The notes below the pieces were generated by a model, which was not told the origin of the DNA, searched no databases, and worked only from the letters and a program-made list of their open reading frames with translations. A stretch of 64,000 nucleotides of DNA from Cognatishimia sp. (GTDB lineage Bacteria; Pseudomonadota; Alphaproteobacteria; Rhodobacterales; Rhodobacteraceae), in assembly GCF_013215215.1 (NCBI RefSeq), contig NZ_JABSOU010000001.1. One strand, 5' to 3'. The translations under genes were made by a program, and so were the position numbers. Positions 9,987-19,951 of this stretch are shown here, in pieces. Every line of letters starts with the position of its first letter. Position 1 is the first letter of the stretch.

Positions 9987-10654
9987 TCACTTATTATTAA
10001 GCTTTTGTATTTCAGCCCATTGTTGATCATACGCCTCCTTTTCAGTTTGGTTTTCGGTCTTTAGCTGCAACTCTAAATTACCTACCCAAACATCCAATTC
10101 TTGGGGAGACATATTCATATAATCAGTGTACGTCCAATTTAAGGTTCTGCTCAAATAGAGTATCTTATCTTGTATTAAGATCCAATCTTGCTCTCTAATG
10201 AGCTGGTTACTAAAAAAAAGGCTGTTATTAATTTTTGTACATCTGGATCTTTAAGCTTCTCTAATTCCTTAGACCCAGCACTACCTAAACATAATTTATC
10301 TACCCCAGTACTTACTGCAAAAGATAATATATCTAATACTTTTTGTGGGTCTGATAGATACAGTGTGTTTAGCTCGGTATCTTCGTCAAATACTATACCT
10401 TTTTTCTTTAAACCTATTCTATCCCCTACAGATAAGGCGTTTACTACAAGCTTATCTACTTCTGTACTATCTATTAAATACTTTTTAGTTAGAGGCACTT
10501 CTTTAAAAGTCTCTATATCTACAATATTAACTCTTTCTTCTAAAGCACTATAATATTCTTTTAATTTTTGTTTAGCCTCTTCTTGGGTCATAGGCGATTC
10601 AGGTATTAAGTCATTCATAAAGTAATTATACTCACATAAAAAACAACACCCCAA
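9987..10654 (-). CDS. chaperone E+E' fusion produced by programmed -1 frameshift at TTTTTTTTA (plus-strand A-run 10212-10219)
   Basis: The -1 frame is open from the slippery site for ~75 codons (…FSNQLIREQDWILIQDKILYLSRTLNW…AEIQKLNNK*) and stops at 9987, just before the tape-measure start. Confidence 0.5.
10175..10654 (-). CDS. tail assembly chaperone (gpE/lambda G-like); probable true start ATG ~10618 (MNDLIPES...)
   Basis: Small acidic ORF between tube and tape-measure genes; contains T8 slippery run near its 3' end. Confidence 0.5.
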   Translation of the reverse strand: MGCCFLCEYNYFMNDLIPESPMTQEEAKQKLKEYYSALEERVNIVDIETFKEVPLTKKYLIDSTEVDKLVVNALSVGDRIGLKKKGIVFDEDTELNTLYLSDPQKVLDILSFAVSTGVDKLCLGSAGSKELEKLKDPDVQKLITAFFLVTSSLESKIGS

Positions 10655-10664
10655 GAAGGGGTGT
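10636..10664 (-). terminator. Rho-independent terminator/attenuator after tube gene
   Basis: Minus-strand hairpin ACACCCC-ttctt-GGGGTGT followed by TGTTTTTTAT; a TATAAT-like -10 follows before the chaperone ATG. Confidence 0.4.
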
Positions 10665-10710
10665 TGACAACAAAGGAGGAAAATACTATATGTATCTACT
10701 AATTATTATA

Positions 10711-11223
10711 CTACGTTTGGTCACCAACGTTCAAAATTCTTCTAATATTTTGAGCTTGGTCTATTAAACCAACTACAGTTTGGGTTCTAGGAATATTTAA
10801 CTCTTTTATAATTTTTTGATCAAAGATTTCAGTATACCTTTCTAAATTTATCATAAATTTATACTCACCTAAACCTTGCCCATTTTCTACAGTACCTTTG
10901 TCCTCACCGTATACTAAACCAAAACCTTCGTGGTAATAAGTATGTTGACTTCCATCATCAGATTGAACGTATTCTCTTAAAATGATAGTTTGCCTAGTAT
11001 TAATCATGGATAACACTTCTGGGTTTATATCAAATAAAGTTATTTCAAACTCTAAGATCTCATAACCAGTAGGAACCTTAATTGGGGCTTCCCTACCTGC
11101 GGGTCTATATTCTTGAACTTGCATAGTGAGGTTAGTCCTTACCGCACTTTTAGCTTTACCTGTTAAATCTTCTGTACCAACAGTGATTGTAAAGTTTTTA
11201 CAATGTCTACTACCTGCAACCAT
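10711..11223 (-). CDS. tail tube protein (gpFII-like)
   Basis: 170-aa ORF immediately downstream of sheath gene with 1-nt spacing; P2-like order sheath-tube-chaperone-TMP. Confidence 0.6.
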   Translation of the reverse strand: MVAGSRHCKNFTITVGTEDLTGKAKSAVRTNLTMQVQEYRPAGREAPIKVPTGYEILEFEITLFDINPEVLSMINTRQTIILREYVQSDDGSQHTYYHEGFGLVYGEDKGTVENGQGLGEYKFMINLERYTEIFDQKIIKELNIPRTQTVVGLIDQAQNIRRILNVGDQT

Positions 11224-11224
11224 A

Positions 11225-12856
11225 TTATACTAATGCCTCCGTAAATTCTGTTAAATAACCGTTCTGCAAAGTTGTGTTTAATATGATCTGTTGAGCAGGG
11301 CTAGCTATAGCCACAACTACGTTAAAGAATATTCTTCCAGATAATAATGATTCCGGTGTGTTCTTGTCTGCACTAGCAGGCCATACATCCCCTGAAAGAA
11401 GTAAACCTTTGCCTGGGTTACCTATTAATGTATTAATTTCTGATTTTAAAGCTGCTGTAACTGCATCTACATATCCAGAACTTATATTTCTATCCACGTA
11501 AGATTCAGCTTTTTTAGCAAGCTTAACTCTAGTCTCATCTAATGCTCTTTTAACATTTATGAACCTAGTTTGCAAACCACTATCTGAAGTACTGTAGTTA
11601 CCCCATACTTTATACCCGTTGTTGTTAACTATAGTAGCTACTGCATTATCGTTAAAGTTTAAAAAGTTAGCATCTGTATTAGCAGAATCATCAAATACTG
11701 CAATACTGAAAGAAGCAGGTTTTGCTAATCCTTCTACACCATTAATAGTTCTATTAGAAGGGCTGTTAGCAACCCCACCCTCTAGAGCATCCAAACCAGC
11801 TATAACACCCGCTACACTAGCAGCAGAAGGTCTAGTAAGTAACTGACCATTAATAGTTTTTTTGATGAACCCTAAACCAATAGCGTATATTCTTTCACTA
11901 GCGTTATTGAAAGCCCAAGTAACTGCATCTTCTTTATTAGTATTAGGGGTATCACTAACAACTATGGTTCCGCAAGTATTAGCTAAAGTTAGTAACTTAG
12001 TTGTTACTGGGTTAGCACCTCCACCTTGAACTAATTGGTGTGTAAAATCTGGAGCTAGTAAAACACCTTTGTTTAAAGATATGTTTAACAACCCAGGTAT
12101 ATCTGTGATAAGTTCCGCACCTGTCTTAGTCCCGCCTGTGTTAGTACCTATAATCTCAGTAGCAGTAACGCTTGAAGCGTCTACTCTAGAGTAATCAACA
12201 GAAACAGTAGCTTTATATAAAAGTTTTCCAGTAGAAATTCTAGAAAGTATTCCATTGTCTGAATCTAGAGAAAAGTCTACATCCACTGCTAATGTAGCAG
12301 TATACTCAACTATAACATTAGCTTCAGATGCTATTCCAGCATCTAAATTTGTTATAACGTTTGCAGCGACTGAAAAGTCTGTGTCTAAAACATAAGTAGT
12401 TAAGCCGTCCGCACTCTTCACGTTGGTAACTCCAGTTATACCAGTAGGTAAGGTTAAAGTTCCATCTGGTGCAAACTTAGCTGGGGCTGAAACGTTAGTA
12501 TCTAAGGTTAATAGTGATACGTAACCATTGCTTAGGTTGGCTTTATTGTTAGAACCAAATGTAGTAGATTCGTCTGTTATAGCTTCTACATCAGTTGCAT
12601 CAGCAACATTTATTATTATAACTCTTGCTTGTGTTTGCTGATAAATATCATAAGCGTCTTTAGGGATACTGAACTCATCATCAGTTAATCTTCCAAATAT
12701 TCTTAAAACTTCATCTAAATTATTGCATAGTGTCGGAGTATTTAGTGGACCTTTACCCGCAGTACCAATAAGTACTATAGGGGAAGGTGTCGTATTAATA
12801 GCTGGTCTAGCAACTATTTCTGTTGTTGAAGTGACTCCGTGATGATTTTGTACCAT
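11225..12856 (-). CDS. contractile tail sheath protein (gpFI-like)
   Basis: 543 aa; N-terminus MVQNHHGVTSTTEIVARPAINTTPSPIVLIGTAGKGPLNTP typical of sheath proteins; followed by tube gene. Confidence 0.75.
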   Translation of the reverse strand: MVQNHHGVTSTTEIVARPAINTTPSPIVLIGTAGKGPLNTPTLCNNLDEVLRIFGRLTDDEFSIPKDAYDIYQQTQARVIIINVADATDVEAITDESTTFGSNNKANLSNGYVSLLTLDTNVSAPAKFAPDGTLTLPTGITGVTNVKSADGLTTYVLDTDFSVAANVITNLDAGIASEANVIVEYTATLAVDVDFSLDSDNGILSRISTGKLLYKATVSVDYSRVDASSVTATEIIGTNTGGTKTGAELITDIPGLLNISLNKGVLLAPDFTHQLVQGGGANPVTTKLLTLANTCGTIVVSDTPNTNKEDAVTWAFNNASERIYAIGLGFIKKTINGQLLTRPSAASVAGVIAGLDALEGGVANSPSNRTINGVEGLAKPASFSIAVFDDSANTDANFLNFNDNAVATIVNNNGYKVWGNYSTSDSGLQTRFINVKRALDETRVKLAKKAESYVDRNISSGYVDAVTAALKSEINTLIGNPGKGLLLSGDVWPASADKNTPESLLSGRIFFNVVVAIASPAQQIILNTTLQNGYLTEFTEALV

Positions 12857-12896
12857 TATTTAAAATAACTCCTTAATTCTATAGTGAAAGTGTACG

Positions 12897-13328
12897 TTAA
12901 CTTATTTTCCTGTCTATGTCGTATACTCTCTCATCTAACTTAGTAATTCTTTGAATGATTCTGCCTTCACATTCAAATACTTGTTCTCTCAATTTATCTA
13001 TTTTTTGTTGAATATTTAATAGAGTTGCAAGCGTTGAGTTCATTTTCTCAACATTCATGATTAGATGGTTTATGCTCTTAGTAAGTATTGGGATATTCTC
13101 AGTAGCAGAATCTATAAATGAGGCCCAAGACTTAAATACTTTAGGTAACTCTGTTACCAGCAAATACCCCAGAATCCCCATGAACAGTAAACAAAATAAA
13201 AATATTATTAAAATAATCCAATTATCTACTAATAATAAAAATAAGCTTTGGATATAACCTACAGCATTTTCATTAACTTCCATGTCTATTAAATTCATCT
13301 CATAATAATTGTTCTTTACTGAGCCCAA
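12897..13328 (-). CDS. hypothetical membrane/coiled-coil protein
   Basis: 143 aa with one strong TM helix (WIILIIFLFCLLFMGILGYLLV) and C-terminal coiled coil; between fibre genes and sheath. Confidence 0.4.
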   Translation of the reverse strand: MGSVKNNYYEMNLIDMEVNENAVGYIQSLFLLLVDNWIILIIFLFCLLFMGILGYLLVTELPKVFKSWASFIDSATENIPILTKSINHLIMNVEKMNSTLATLLNIQQKIDKLREQVFECEGRIIQRITKLDERVYDIDRKIS

Positions 13329-14545
13329 GAACGTAAGTTTCTGAGATAAACTCTATCGGCTGGGTTAGGTAGTGTAGGTGTTAGTCTTATGGATGTAAGG
13401 TTTAAATTGTCCACTTCTGTAAGTCCTGTACCCTCAAATATTACTTCGGTAAAACCATCTGATAAAGGTACGGCAGACCCTACCTGTACTAAAGGTGTGT
13501 AATTATTTGGTGTAGTATCTTCTACAGCTACTTCAAAAGTTCCATTACCTTCTATTTTTACGTCTAATTTAACCCTAAAGGTAAAACTATCAGGGCAATA
13601 AAATCTAACAGAGTGCCTAACCCCAGTTAAAGCAATCTCAGCTAACTCCAATCTAGTATTAGGGAATAAAATAGGGCTTCTCTTATCAGTACCAGTTAAA
13701 TTAGCAGTAACTTGAAAATCACCGTTTTGATACCCTTGAAGATTAGTAGGCGTAAAGTTGTTTATATCTACAGTACTAGCATCTGGCAAGGTTACCGTAT
13801 ATGTAATTTCTGTGTCAGGGCTTGATAAATCCTCGTGGCCCATGATCATAATATCTGTAATATTACTACCAGTAACAGTACCTAAATCCACTGCTTTTGT
13901 AGTAGCGGTATATGAAGCACCATGTATTTTAAATTTTAGGTCTCTGTTTTGCTCTACTGACCAAGCTGCCCCATTTGAAGAAGTTAATAAGACACCACTT
14001 GCAGGTTGTTTAGAAACTATAGCTCCACTAGATATATCTGGCTTACCCAACTCTGCTAAAGCTATAGTATAGTTTACATCTCTAGTTAATACTACAAAAC
14101 AGTATTCTGTACCTGCTATGCAAGGAACTATAGCTTCAAAATCAAATCTAGTCCAAGTTCCAAAAGATTGTATGTCAGTTGCTTCTACAACAGACTCTGC
14201 AAAAACCTTACTACCAGGCTCACTACCAGAGTTAACATTGCGAATTTGAACTATTACTGGATCAGTACCAGAGCCTTTGTTTATGTCCAAACTTATAGCT
14301 GCTACGTCCCTACCCTCACTCAGAGTAAAAGTTTGCGCTATAGGTGCAAACAAGTCAGCCCCAGCAGTAGCTGTAATCTGTCGTAAGTCTTCTATTGAAA
14401 GATTAGGTTTATTTATGTAGTAGGCGGTATATTGTCTACCGTTATCTAAAGTTACTATTAATTGGTGTACACCAGCGGCTATAACCTCTTCTGGTATATC
14501 TAAATCAAAGTCTATGTCACCGTTTCCGTCTGCTGTTAATGGCAT
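13316..14545 (-). CDS. tail fibre-associated protein (beta-rich)
   Basis: 409 aa, T/S/G/N-rich, follows the large fibre gene. Confidence 0.4.
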   Translation of the reverse strand: MPLTADGNGDIDFDLDIPEEVIAAGVHQLIVTLDNGRQYTAYYINKPNLSIEDLRQITATAGADLFAPIAQTFTLSEGRDVAAISLDINKGSGTDPVIVQIRNVNSGSEPGSKVFAESVVEATDIQSFGTWTRFDFEAIVPCIAGTEYCFVVLTRDVNYTIALAELGKPDISSGAIVSKQPASGVLLTSSNGAAWSVEQNRDLKFKIHGASYTATTKAVDLGTVTGSNITDIMIMGHEDLSSPDTEITYTVTLPDASTVDINNFTPTNLQGYQNGDFQVTANLTGTDKRSPILFPNTRLELAEIALTGVRHSVRFYCPDSFTFRVKLDVKIEGNGTFEVAVEDTTPNNYTPLVQVGSAVPLSDGFTEVIFEGTGLTEVDNLNLTSIRLTPTLPNPADRVYLRNLRSWAQ

Positions 14546-14551
14546 TTTAAA

Positions 14552-16909
14552 TTATCCTTTGGCTCTTCTAACCCTTACTCTATTTGTACTTGTATTTATA
14601 TTGGTTTGGTGCTTACCTAGCCTAACTTGAACTACTGAACTACCTGATTGTGCTGACCTTATAAAAGCTCTTTGAAGTTTTCTTTCAGCTTTATTACCGA
14701 GTTTAGTCTTACCTTTTACTGCAAGTGCAGCGTCTCTAGCAATGTCTATAGCAGACCTAGGATCTGGGTCAGGTATAGATATTGGTAAATCTCCTTGTAT
14801 AGGTTGATTGGAAGGTACTGTTACTACTGGAGGTAAAGATGGAGTAGGCATCCACGAACTAGGTGCTGGATTTCTAGCGTTCACTATCAAACTGTTAACA
14901 TAATCTTTAACCTCTTGGGTAAGCCTAATATCCAACCTTACAGGTTCTGGAGGTGTGTATGTAGCGTATGGGTTTATTCTGATAGTACTCGTAGACTGTC
15001 CTTGTACTACTATATCTTCTAAAGTAAAATCTAATGATTGAAAAGCTTTATTATTTTCATTAACTTCTTCTAATTCGTCTTTAGTAAGAGTTACTGGTAG
15101 AGTAACTAATTGATTAAAAGTAAGCAAGTTGTTAGTCTTTCCAGAGTCTTCCTTATCCCTATCCACAAAAGTGTCTACAAATATACCATTAGTACTAGCA
15201 CCTTCTTGTATAGAATCTATTTTTAAAGATAAATCTGCTAACGTATCTAGTATATAAACTTGAGCTGATTTAATTTTAAATTGTTCTTCTTGATTTATTC
15301 TTTTATTACCTATTAGTTTAACTGCTGGATCATTGAAAAAGTCTAAGAATATAGCAGCTATGCCAATAGAGTCTGGAGAAGGCTTAGGTTGGTTAGGGTT
15401 GGAACTTCTAGATACTCCTTTTATTCTTCTTAGCTCCCCTAAGTTGTTTAATTCTATAATGTCGATCCTATTTAAAGAATAGTCATAAGTAACAAAACAT
15501 TGTTGGTCAGGATCAGTATCTCCTAGAGTACCGTCTGCCCCTTGGTCTGTGATAGTAAAGGTGTTATACCCTATAGACCCTTCATCAGGACTTATATCTT
15601 TTGTATATAAATACGTAACGTCATAGGTACTACCACTGGTAGGCTCAGAGCCTCCCCCTACATCCCATACGATATTACTGTTATCTAATCTATAATCAAC
15701 CCCTTGGGTATAACCAGGAATATTTAAAACAGCAGTTGCAGGTATAAAACCTACAGGTAAAGGATCTGAACCGTCTGCTATAATTCCTCTGGTTAGTTGC
15801 TTAGTAACTTCTAATTGAGTACTTACGCTAGTTACTTGGTTTATAGGTCCTCTATCTACAGTTATTAAAGCACCTGTAAATTCAAAAGTAACCGAATACT
15901 CAGCTCCTTCCGCAGGTTCTGCTACAGCACCAGTCCAATCTATAGAATTACCTGATAAATTATAATCATCCCCTGAAGTGTAAGTAGTAGTCCCGTCTGT
16001 AACCGAAATTATAGAGGTCACAGTTGGTCTCCCTAAATCTTCTGAACTACCAGCTACCCCTTTGGTTAAAGTCGCTGTATAAGTTAAGGTTTCTACTGTT
16101 ACATCATCAGGGTCATTAGTTATAGTAACAGTATCTGGATCTTTAGTAAAAGCTAACCTATCACTAGCAGATCTAGAAAGTTGCCTACCTAAAACTGCTG
16201 CTAGCCCAGGTTCTACAGTATATACGTATTCGTCATTTTCCGTGTCGTCATAGTCAAAAAATGTATCAAATCCTTCAATAATATAAGAACCATTTACATT
16301 ATTATTATAATTTACAACTAAATTTTCTACCTCTGATAAAACTGGAGTAGACCCTACTAATATTAAAATAGCATTATCAACGTCCACTACTGGATAAAAA
16401 GTACCAGCCACTTGGCTTCTTGTACCATCGTCTTCTACGTAACCCCAAGTAATGTTTTCTTGTAGAGTTTTTCTTGTTTCTAATCCAGATGTTTTGTAAG
16501 TTCTACCCCCGGGTATTTGCCCACTAGGATCTTTTAAGTCCGGATCTACTCCTAGTCCTGGGTTATCTCCAGCACTTACTACTACTTGCTCCAAGTAAAC
16601 ACCTAGTTTTAATTTAGAATCAGTAGGTATAGTAAAACTTTGTTCGTCATATTCCCTTATATCATTATTAACATAAACAGACCCACTTGGTATAGTTACA
16701 TTACCGTCTAATCTAACTACTGGTGATCCACCAGAAACTATATCCCCCTCTTTTAGAATTACATTAGCTAATTTTATCCTTTTGTAATCCATCATGTCTG
16801 CATCTGAATTAAGTTCTTCAGCGGATATACCTTGACCAGGAAAATGTAAAGATTTTACATAATTTTTACTAGGATCAAAAGTATTTTGGTAGTTTATAGG
16901 TAAATTCAT
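14552..16909 (-). CDS. tail fibre protein (gpH-like position)
   Basis: 785 aa, beta-rich T/S/G/D composition, located after baseplate J/I-like genes as in P2. Confidence 0.5.
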   Translation of the reverse strand: MNLPINYQNTFDPSKNYVKSLHFPGQGISAEELNSDADMMDYKRIKLANVILKEGDIVSGGSPVVRLDGNVTIPSGSVYVNNDIREYDEQSFTIPTDSKLKLGVYLEQVVVSAGDNPGLGVDPDLKDPSGQIPGGRTYKTSGLETRKTLQENITWGYVEDDGTRSQVAGTFYPVVDVDNAILILVGSTPVLSEVENLVVNYNNNVNGSYIIEGFDTFFDYDDTENDEYVYTVEPGLAAVLGRQLSRSASDRLAFTKDPDTVTITNDPDDVTVETLTYTATLTKGVAGSSEDLGRPTVTSIISVTDGTTTYTSGDDYNLSGNSIDWTGAVAEPAEGAEYSVTFEFTGALITVDRGPINQVTSVSTQLEVTKQLTRGIIADGSDPLPVGFIPATAVLNIPGYTQGVDYRLDNSNIVWDVGGGSEPTSGSTYDVTYLYTKDISPDEGSIGYNTFTITDQGADGTLGDTDPDQQCFVTYDYSLNRIDIIELNNLGELRRIKGVSRSSNPNQPKPSPDSIGIAAIFLDFFNDPAVKLIGNKRINQEEQFKIKSAQVYILDTLADLSLKIDSIQEGASTNGIFVDTFVDRDKEDSGKTNNLLTFNQLVTLPVTLTKDELEEVNENNKAFQSLDFTLEDIVVQGQSTSTIRINPYATYTPPEPVRLDIRLTQEVKDYVNSLIVNARNPAPSSWMPTPSLPPVVTVPSNQPIQGDLPISIPDPDPRSAIDIARDAALAVKGKTKLGNKAERKLQRAFIRSAQSGSSVVQVRLGKHQTNINTSTNRVRVRRAKG

Positions 16910-16910
16910 A

Positions 16911-17840
16911 TTATCTTGTTAACCTCACTAAAAATGTTTCTGTGTAACCTACTGTTGTAGGCTTATTTATCTCCAAAGCAGTTTTAGCTAGGTACATTAT
17001 CCCCCCATCACTAACGTCTGCCGAAAGCAGCAATTCACTGTTTATTTTATCGTAAGTTACTGTGACTTCCTGACCTACAGCTATAGACCCACTTTCTAAT
17101 CTGTGTACTTTAGAAGTATTTTTGTCTATAATGTAATCTACATCTATTAAATAAGTGCTAAGTAAGTCAGTAGACTGGATTACAACGTTTTCAGCAGTTT
17201 TGAAACTGTTCTCAACATCTAAGTCTATAGTAATTAAATCACTAGCAAAAGTTCTGTTAACTGTAAATTCTGTTAATACTGGAACTACGTTGAAAAATAG
17301 AGCTGCTTCCCTTATTACTTCACCGCTTAATTCGCCCGCTGGAAATTCTATAGAAGCTATAAGTAAATCAGTAGGGGTTTGTGTTGTGGAATATTTATTA
17401 CCGTTTATAGTGAAAGGACCTAAAGGATCAAGTTCCGCATAGTCTAAAGAACACTTTCTTCTGGCTATTTCATCTACTAAAGCACTTTGGTTAGCTGTAA
17501 CTACTCCTACGGCTTTGTAAGTTATAGTGACTGTAGCATCAGCAGGTATAGATCCTGTAGGTATTCTAGTAACTGTACCATTATCAATATTATATAGATA
17601 ATCCAAGCCTAATGTATAGGGGCTTAATAAATCGCCTTGAACAAATACCTGTACGTTATCTGCAAAAGCCAATGTTAAATTTATTACAAAAGTATCATTA
17701 ACGAAAGTTTTATCTTCTTGTACCGTATCGTTCCACGTAGGGTTACCTCTCCCTATCGCTATATAAGTAGAATCCGCTATTGATTTTAAACCTATAGCTT
17801 GCGCAGTTTTTGAAGTGTTTAATAATCTATATAAAGACAT
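16911..17840 (-). CDS. baseplate/fibre-associated structural protein
   Basis: 309-aa ORF tightly packed in tail module. Confidence 0.35.
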   Translation of the reverse strand: MSLYRLLNTSKTAQAIGLKSIADSTYIAIGRGNPTWNDTVQEDKTFVNDTFVINLTLAFADNVQVFVQGDLLSPYTLGLDYLYNIDNGTVTRIPTGSIPADATVTITYKAVGVVTANQSALVDEIARRKCSLDYAELDPLGPFTINGNKYSTTQTPTDLLIASIEFPAGELSGEVIREAALFFNVVPVLTEFTVNRTFASDLITIDLDVENSFKTAENVVIQSTDLLSTYLIDVDYIIDKNTSKVHRLESGSIAVGQEVTVTYDKINSELLLSADVSDGGIMYLAKTALEINKPTTVGYTETFLVRLTR

Positions 17841-17875
17841 CTATAATGTAATTTTACGAGATTTTTTCTTTGGGC

Positions 17876-18721
17876 TTATATTTCATTAGTCTCTACTGTT
17901 CCAGTAACATTAATGTTTAATTCTTTAAATGAGCCTTCATCCGCTATAGAGAAAGAATCAGATATAGGTACAGTTTCCGATTGCTCTATTAAAGTAATAC
18001 TGGATATTACTACTGCACCACTACCGTCCCCAGTAGCTATAGGAATATCGTTTAAGTCTTCTGAGTCTGGGTAAGAATCTATTTCAGTAGCTACAGATAG
18101 TGTTGCTGTCCCTAATACTTCTGGATCATATAAATCTTCAACCTCTCCAGAATCTTCCTCATTAATAGCTACCCATAGTTGTAAATCCTCATCCCACTCA
18201 CCTTCTGGAACATTTAGAAGGCTGTCGCATAGTGTAGCCTCAGAATTTAAATCCATAGCAGGGCAAGTAGTACCTCTATATACCCTAGCAAGAGTAGTAG
18301 TAGCCCTACTAGATAATCTAGTTAATGTTACTATTCTTCTAAGTTCTTCTGCACTAGCTAAAGGACTGGTTAATCTTAATTCTGATACAGTCCTAAACCA
18401 AGGAGTATTATCTAGAAATTCATCATCTCTAAACAACCAACTTAAAGCTAAATTTACTGCATATATAGTACCTCTAGATCTTTGCCACTCTCTTCCTTGT
18501 TGTAAAGCTTGTCTAGGGTCGCTTATATATCTAGCTAACACACCTAGTCCAGCATCATTTAAGGCAGCAGTTAATATGCTATCTGGTAAATTACCATAGT
18601 TAAAATCCCGTAATAATTTAACTAGCTCTATATTACCGCGTAGATTTTCATATATAGAGTGAACTAAATCTATTTGTAGTTGAGTAGCATTAGGTGGGAG
18701 TAATTCTGTTCTTTGGGCCAT
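17876..18721 (-). CDS. baseplate protein (gpI-like position)
   Basis: 281 aa, follows J-like gene. Confidence 0.4.
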   Translation of the reverse strand: MAQRTELLPPNATQLQIDLVHSIYENLRGNIELVKLLRDFNYGNLPDSILTAALNDAGLGVLARYISDPRQALQQGREWQRSRGTIYAVNLALSWLFRDDEFLDNTPWFRTVSELRLTSPLASAEELRRIVTLTRLSSRATTTLARVYRGTTCPAMDLNSEATLCDSLLNVPEGEWDEDLQLWVAINEEDSGEVEDLYDPEVLGTATLSVATEIDSYPDSEDLNDIPIATGDGSGAVVISSITLIEQSETVPISDSFSIADEGSFKELNINVTGTVETNEI

Positions 18722-18724
18722 TAA

Positions 18725-19588
18725 TTAGAATCCTTCCTCTACCGCTAAAGTAAGATTTACATTACCTAATACAGGGAAACTAGAAGCATCTATAGACGTA
18801 TCTGTAGTGGGTAACGTAAGCTCCACTTTATACACACCCTCTACCTGTAGTACTGATAATAACCAACTAATCGTTACATCCCTACCTGCTATAGCAATAG
18901 AACTAAATGCTTCCTCTAATACTCCTTGAAGATCGTCGAACACTGAACTAGAAGCACCTTCTAATAGAGTTATAGTAGCTGTTACATCTACAGGAACTGG
19001 GGTAGCCCCCGCTACTATAACAGTATCGTTCATACCTCTTATGTCAGTCCTATTTAAATAAGTGTTTAAATTATCTATTAAAGTTTCAGAAGGTATTCCG
19101 TTATTATCTTTAGTGATTATACTTATATCTAATATATCAGTATTCCACTCTCTTTTCTTTGCTATTGCAGATTTTATATTAGCGTCAAATTGAGTAGCAA
19201 AAAACTCGTATTCGTCTTCTGTGCAAGCATTATTAGGGGGTGGGTTCTTTAATCTGATTCTAAAATCATCATCTGTTTCCAATATTGCTTCAGTAGGAGG
19301 TACTGTATTGGGGTTAGCTTCCTGTACTACTAACCTAGTTAACCCTTTATTACTACCTATTAAATCAAGCCATTGACCAGTAGCATAATCTACAAAGTAT
19401 TGCAATAGTGCAGTATTTATTAAGGCCTGTATCTCTACACTTATTCCTGAAGCTACCGATAAAACTTGCATAGCTGGGTCTGAGTCTGTGTAGTTTGTAT
19501 ACGCATCAGATTCTTGTGCAAAGGTATTAACGTGCTTAGCATACTCCTCTACAAAACTTATATTTTCTATTAGCTTAGGTGCTGTCAT
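18725..19588 (-). CDS. baseplate J-like protein
   Basis: 287 aa, follows gpW/gp25-like gene with 4-nt overlap; size and order as P2 gpJ. Confidence 0.5.
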   Translation of the reverse strand: MTAPKLIENISFVEEYAKHVNTFAQESDAYTNYTDSDPAMQVLSVASGISVEIQALINTALLQYFVDYATGQWLDLIGSNKGLTRLVVQEANPNTVPPTEAILETDDDFRIRLKNPPPNNACTEDEYEFFATQFDANIKSAIAKKREWNTDILDISIITKDNNGIPSETLIDNLNTYLNRTDIRGMNDTVIVAGATPVPVDVTATITLLEGASSSVFDDLQGVLEEAFSSIAIAGRDVTISWLLSVLQVEGVYKVELTLPTTDTSIDASSFPVLGNVNLTLAVEEGF

Positions 19589-19950
19589 TTAAGTCGTATC
19601 CCCCTTAAAGTTATAAATTTACCTTCTGGTATAAAGTAAGCATTTACGTCAGCTTTTATAATACCTTCCTGTGCTTGAGACCTGTCTATTGTTACACTAT
19701 CTACTACAAAACTATTTAAATTATCTTGTATAGCTATACTACATTCAGAAGATAAAGCTATATCAAATTCTCCGTCTATTAGCTCATCTATAAGATAAGG
19801 TATTTTAGAGCCGTACTCTCTGTTGTAATATACTGTTCCCTTTGGGGTAGTTAGCACTGTCTGTATATTTTGTATTCCTGCTTGCAACTCGGCAGATATA
19901 CCCTCTTGGGGCTCAATAAACCTACCTGTATTTCTATCCATTGCAACCAT
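19585..19950 (-). CDS. baseplate wedge protein gpW/gp25-like
   Basis: 121 aa; size and position between V-like and J-like genes; sequence pattern consistent with GPW/gp25 family. Confidence 0.55.
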   Translation of the reverse strand: MVAMDRNTGRFIEPQEGISAELQAGIQNIQTVLTTPKGTVYYNREYGSKIPYLIDELIDGEFDIALSSECSIAIQDNLNSFVVDSVTIDRSQAQEGIIKADVNAYFIPEGKFITLRGIRLK

Positions 19951-19951
19951 A

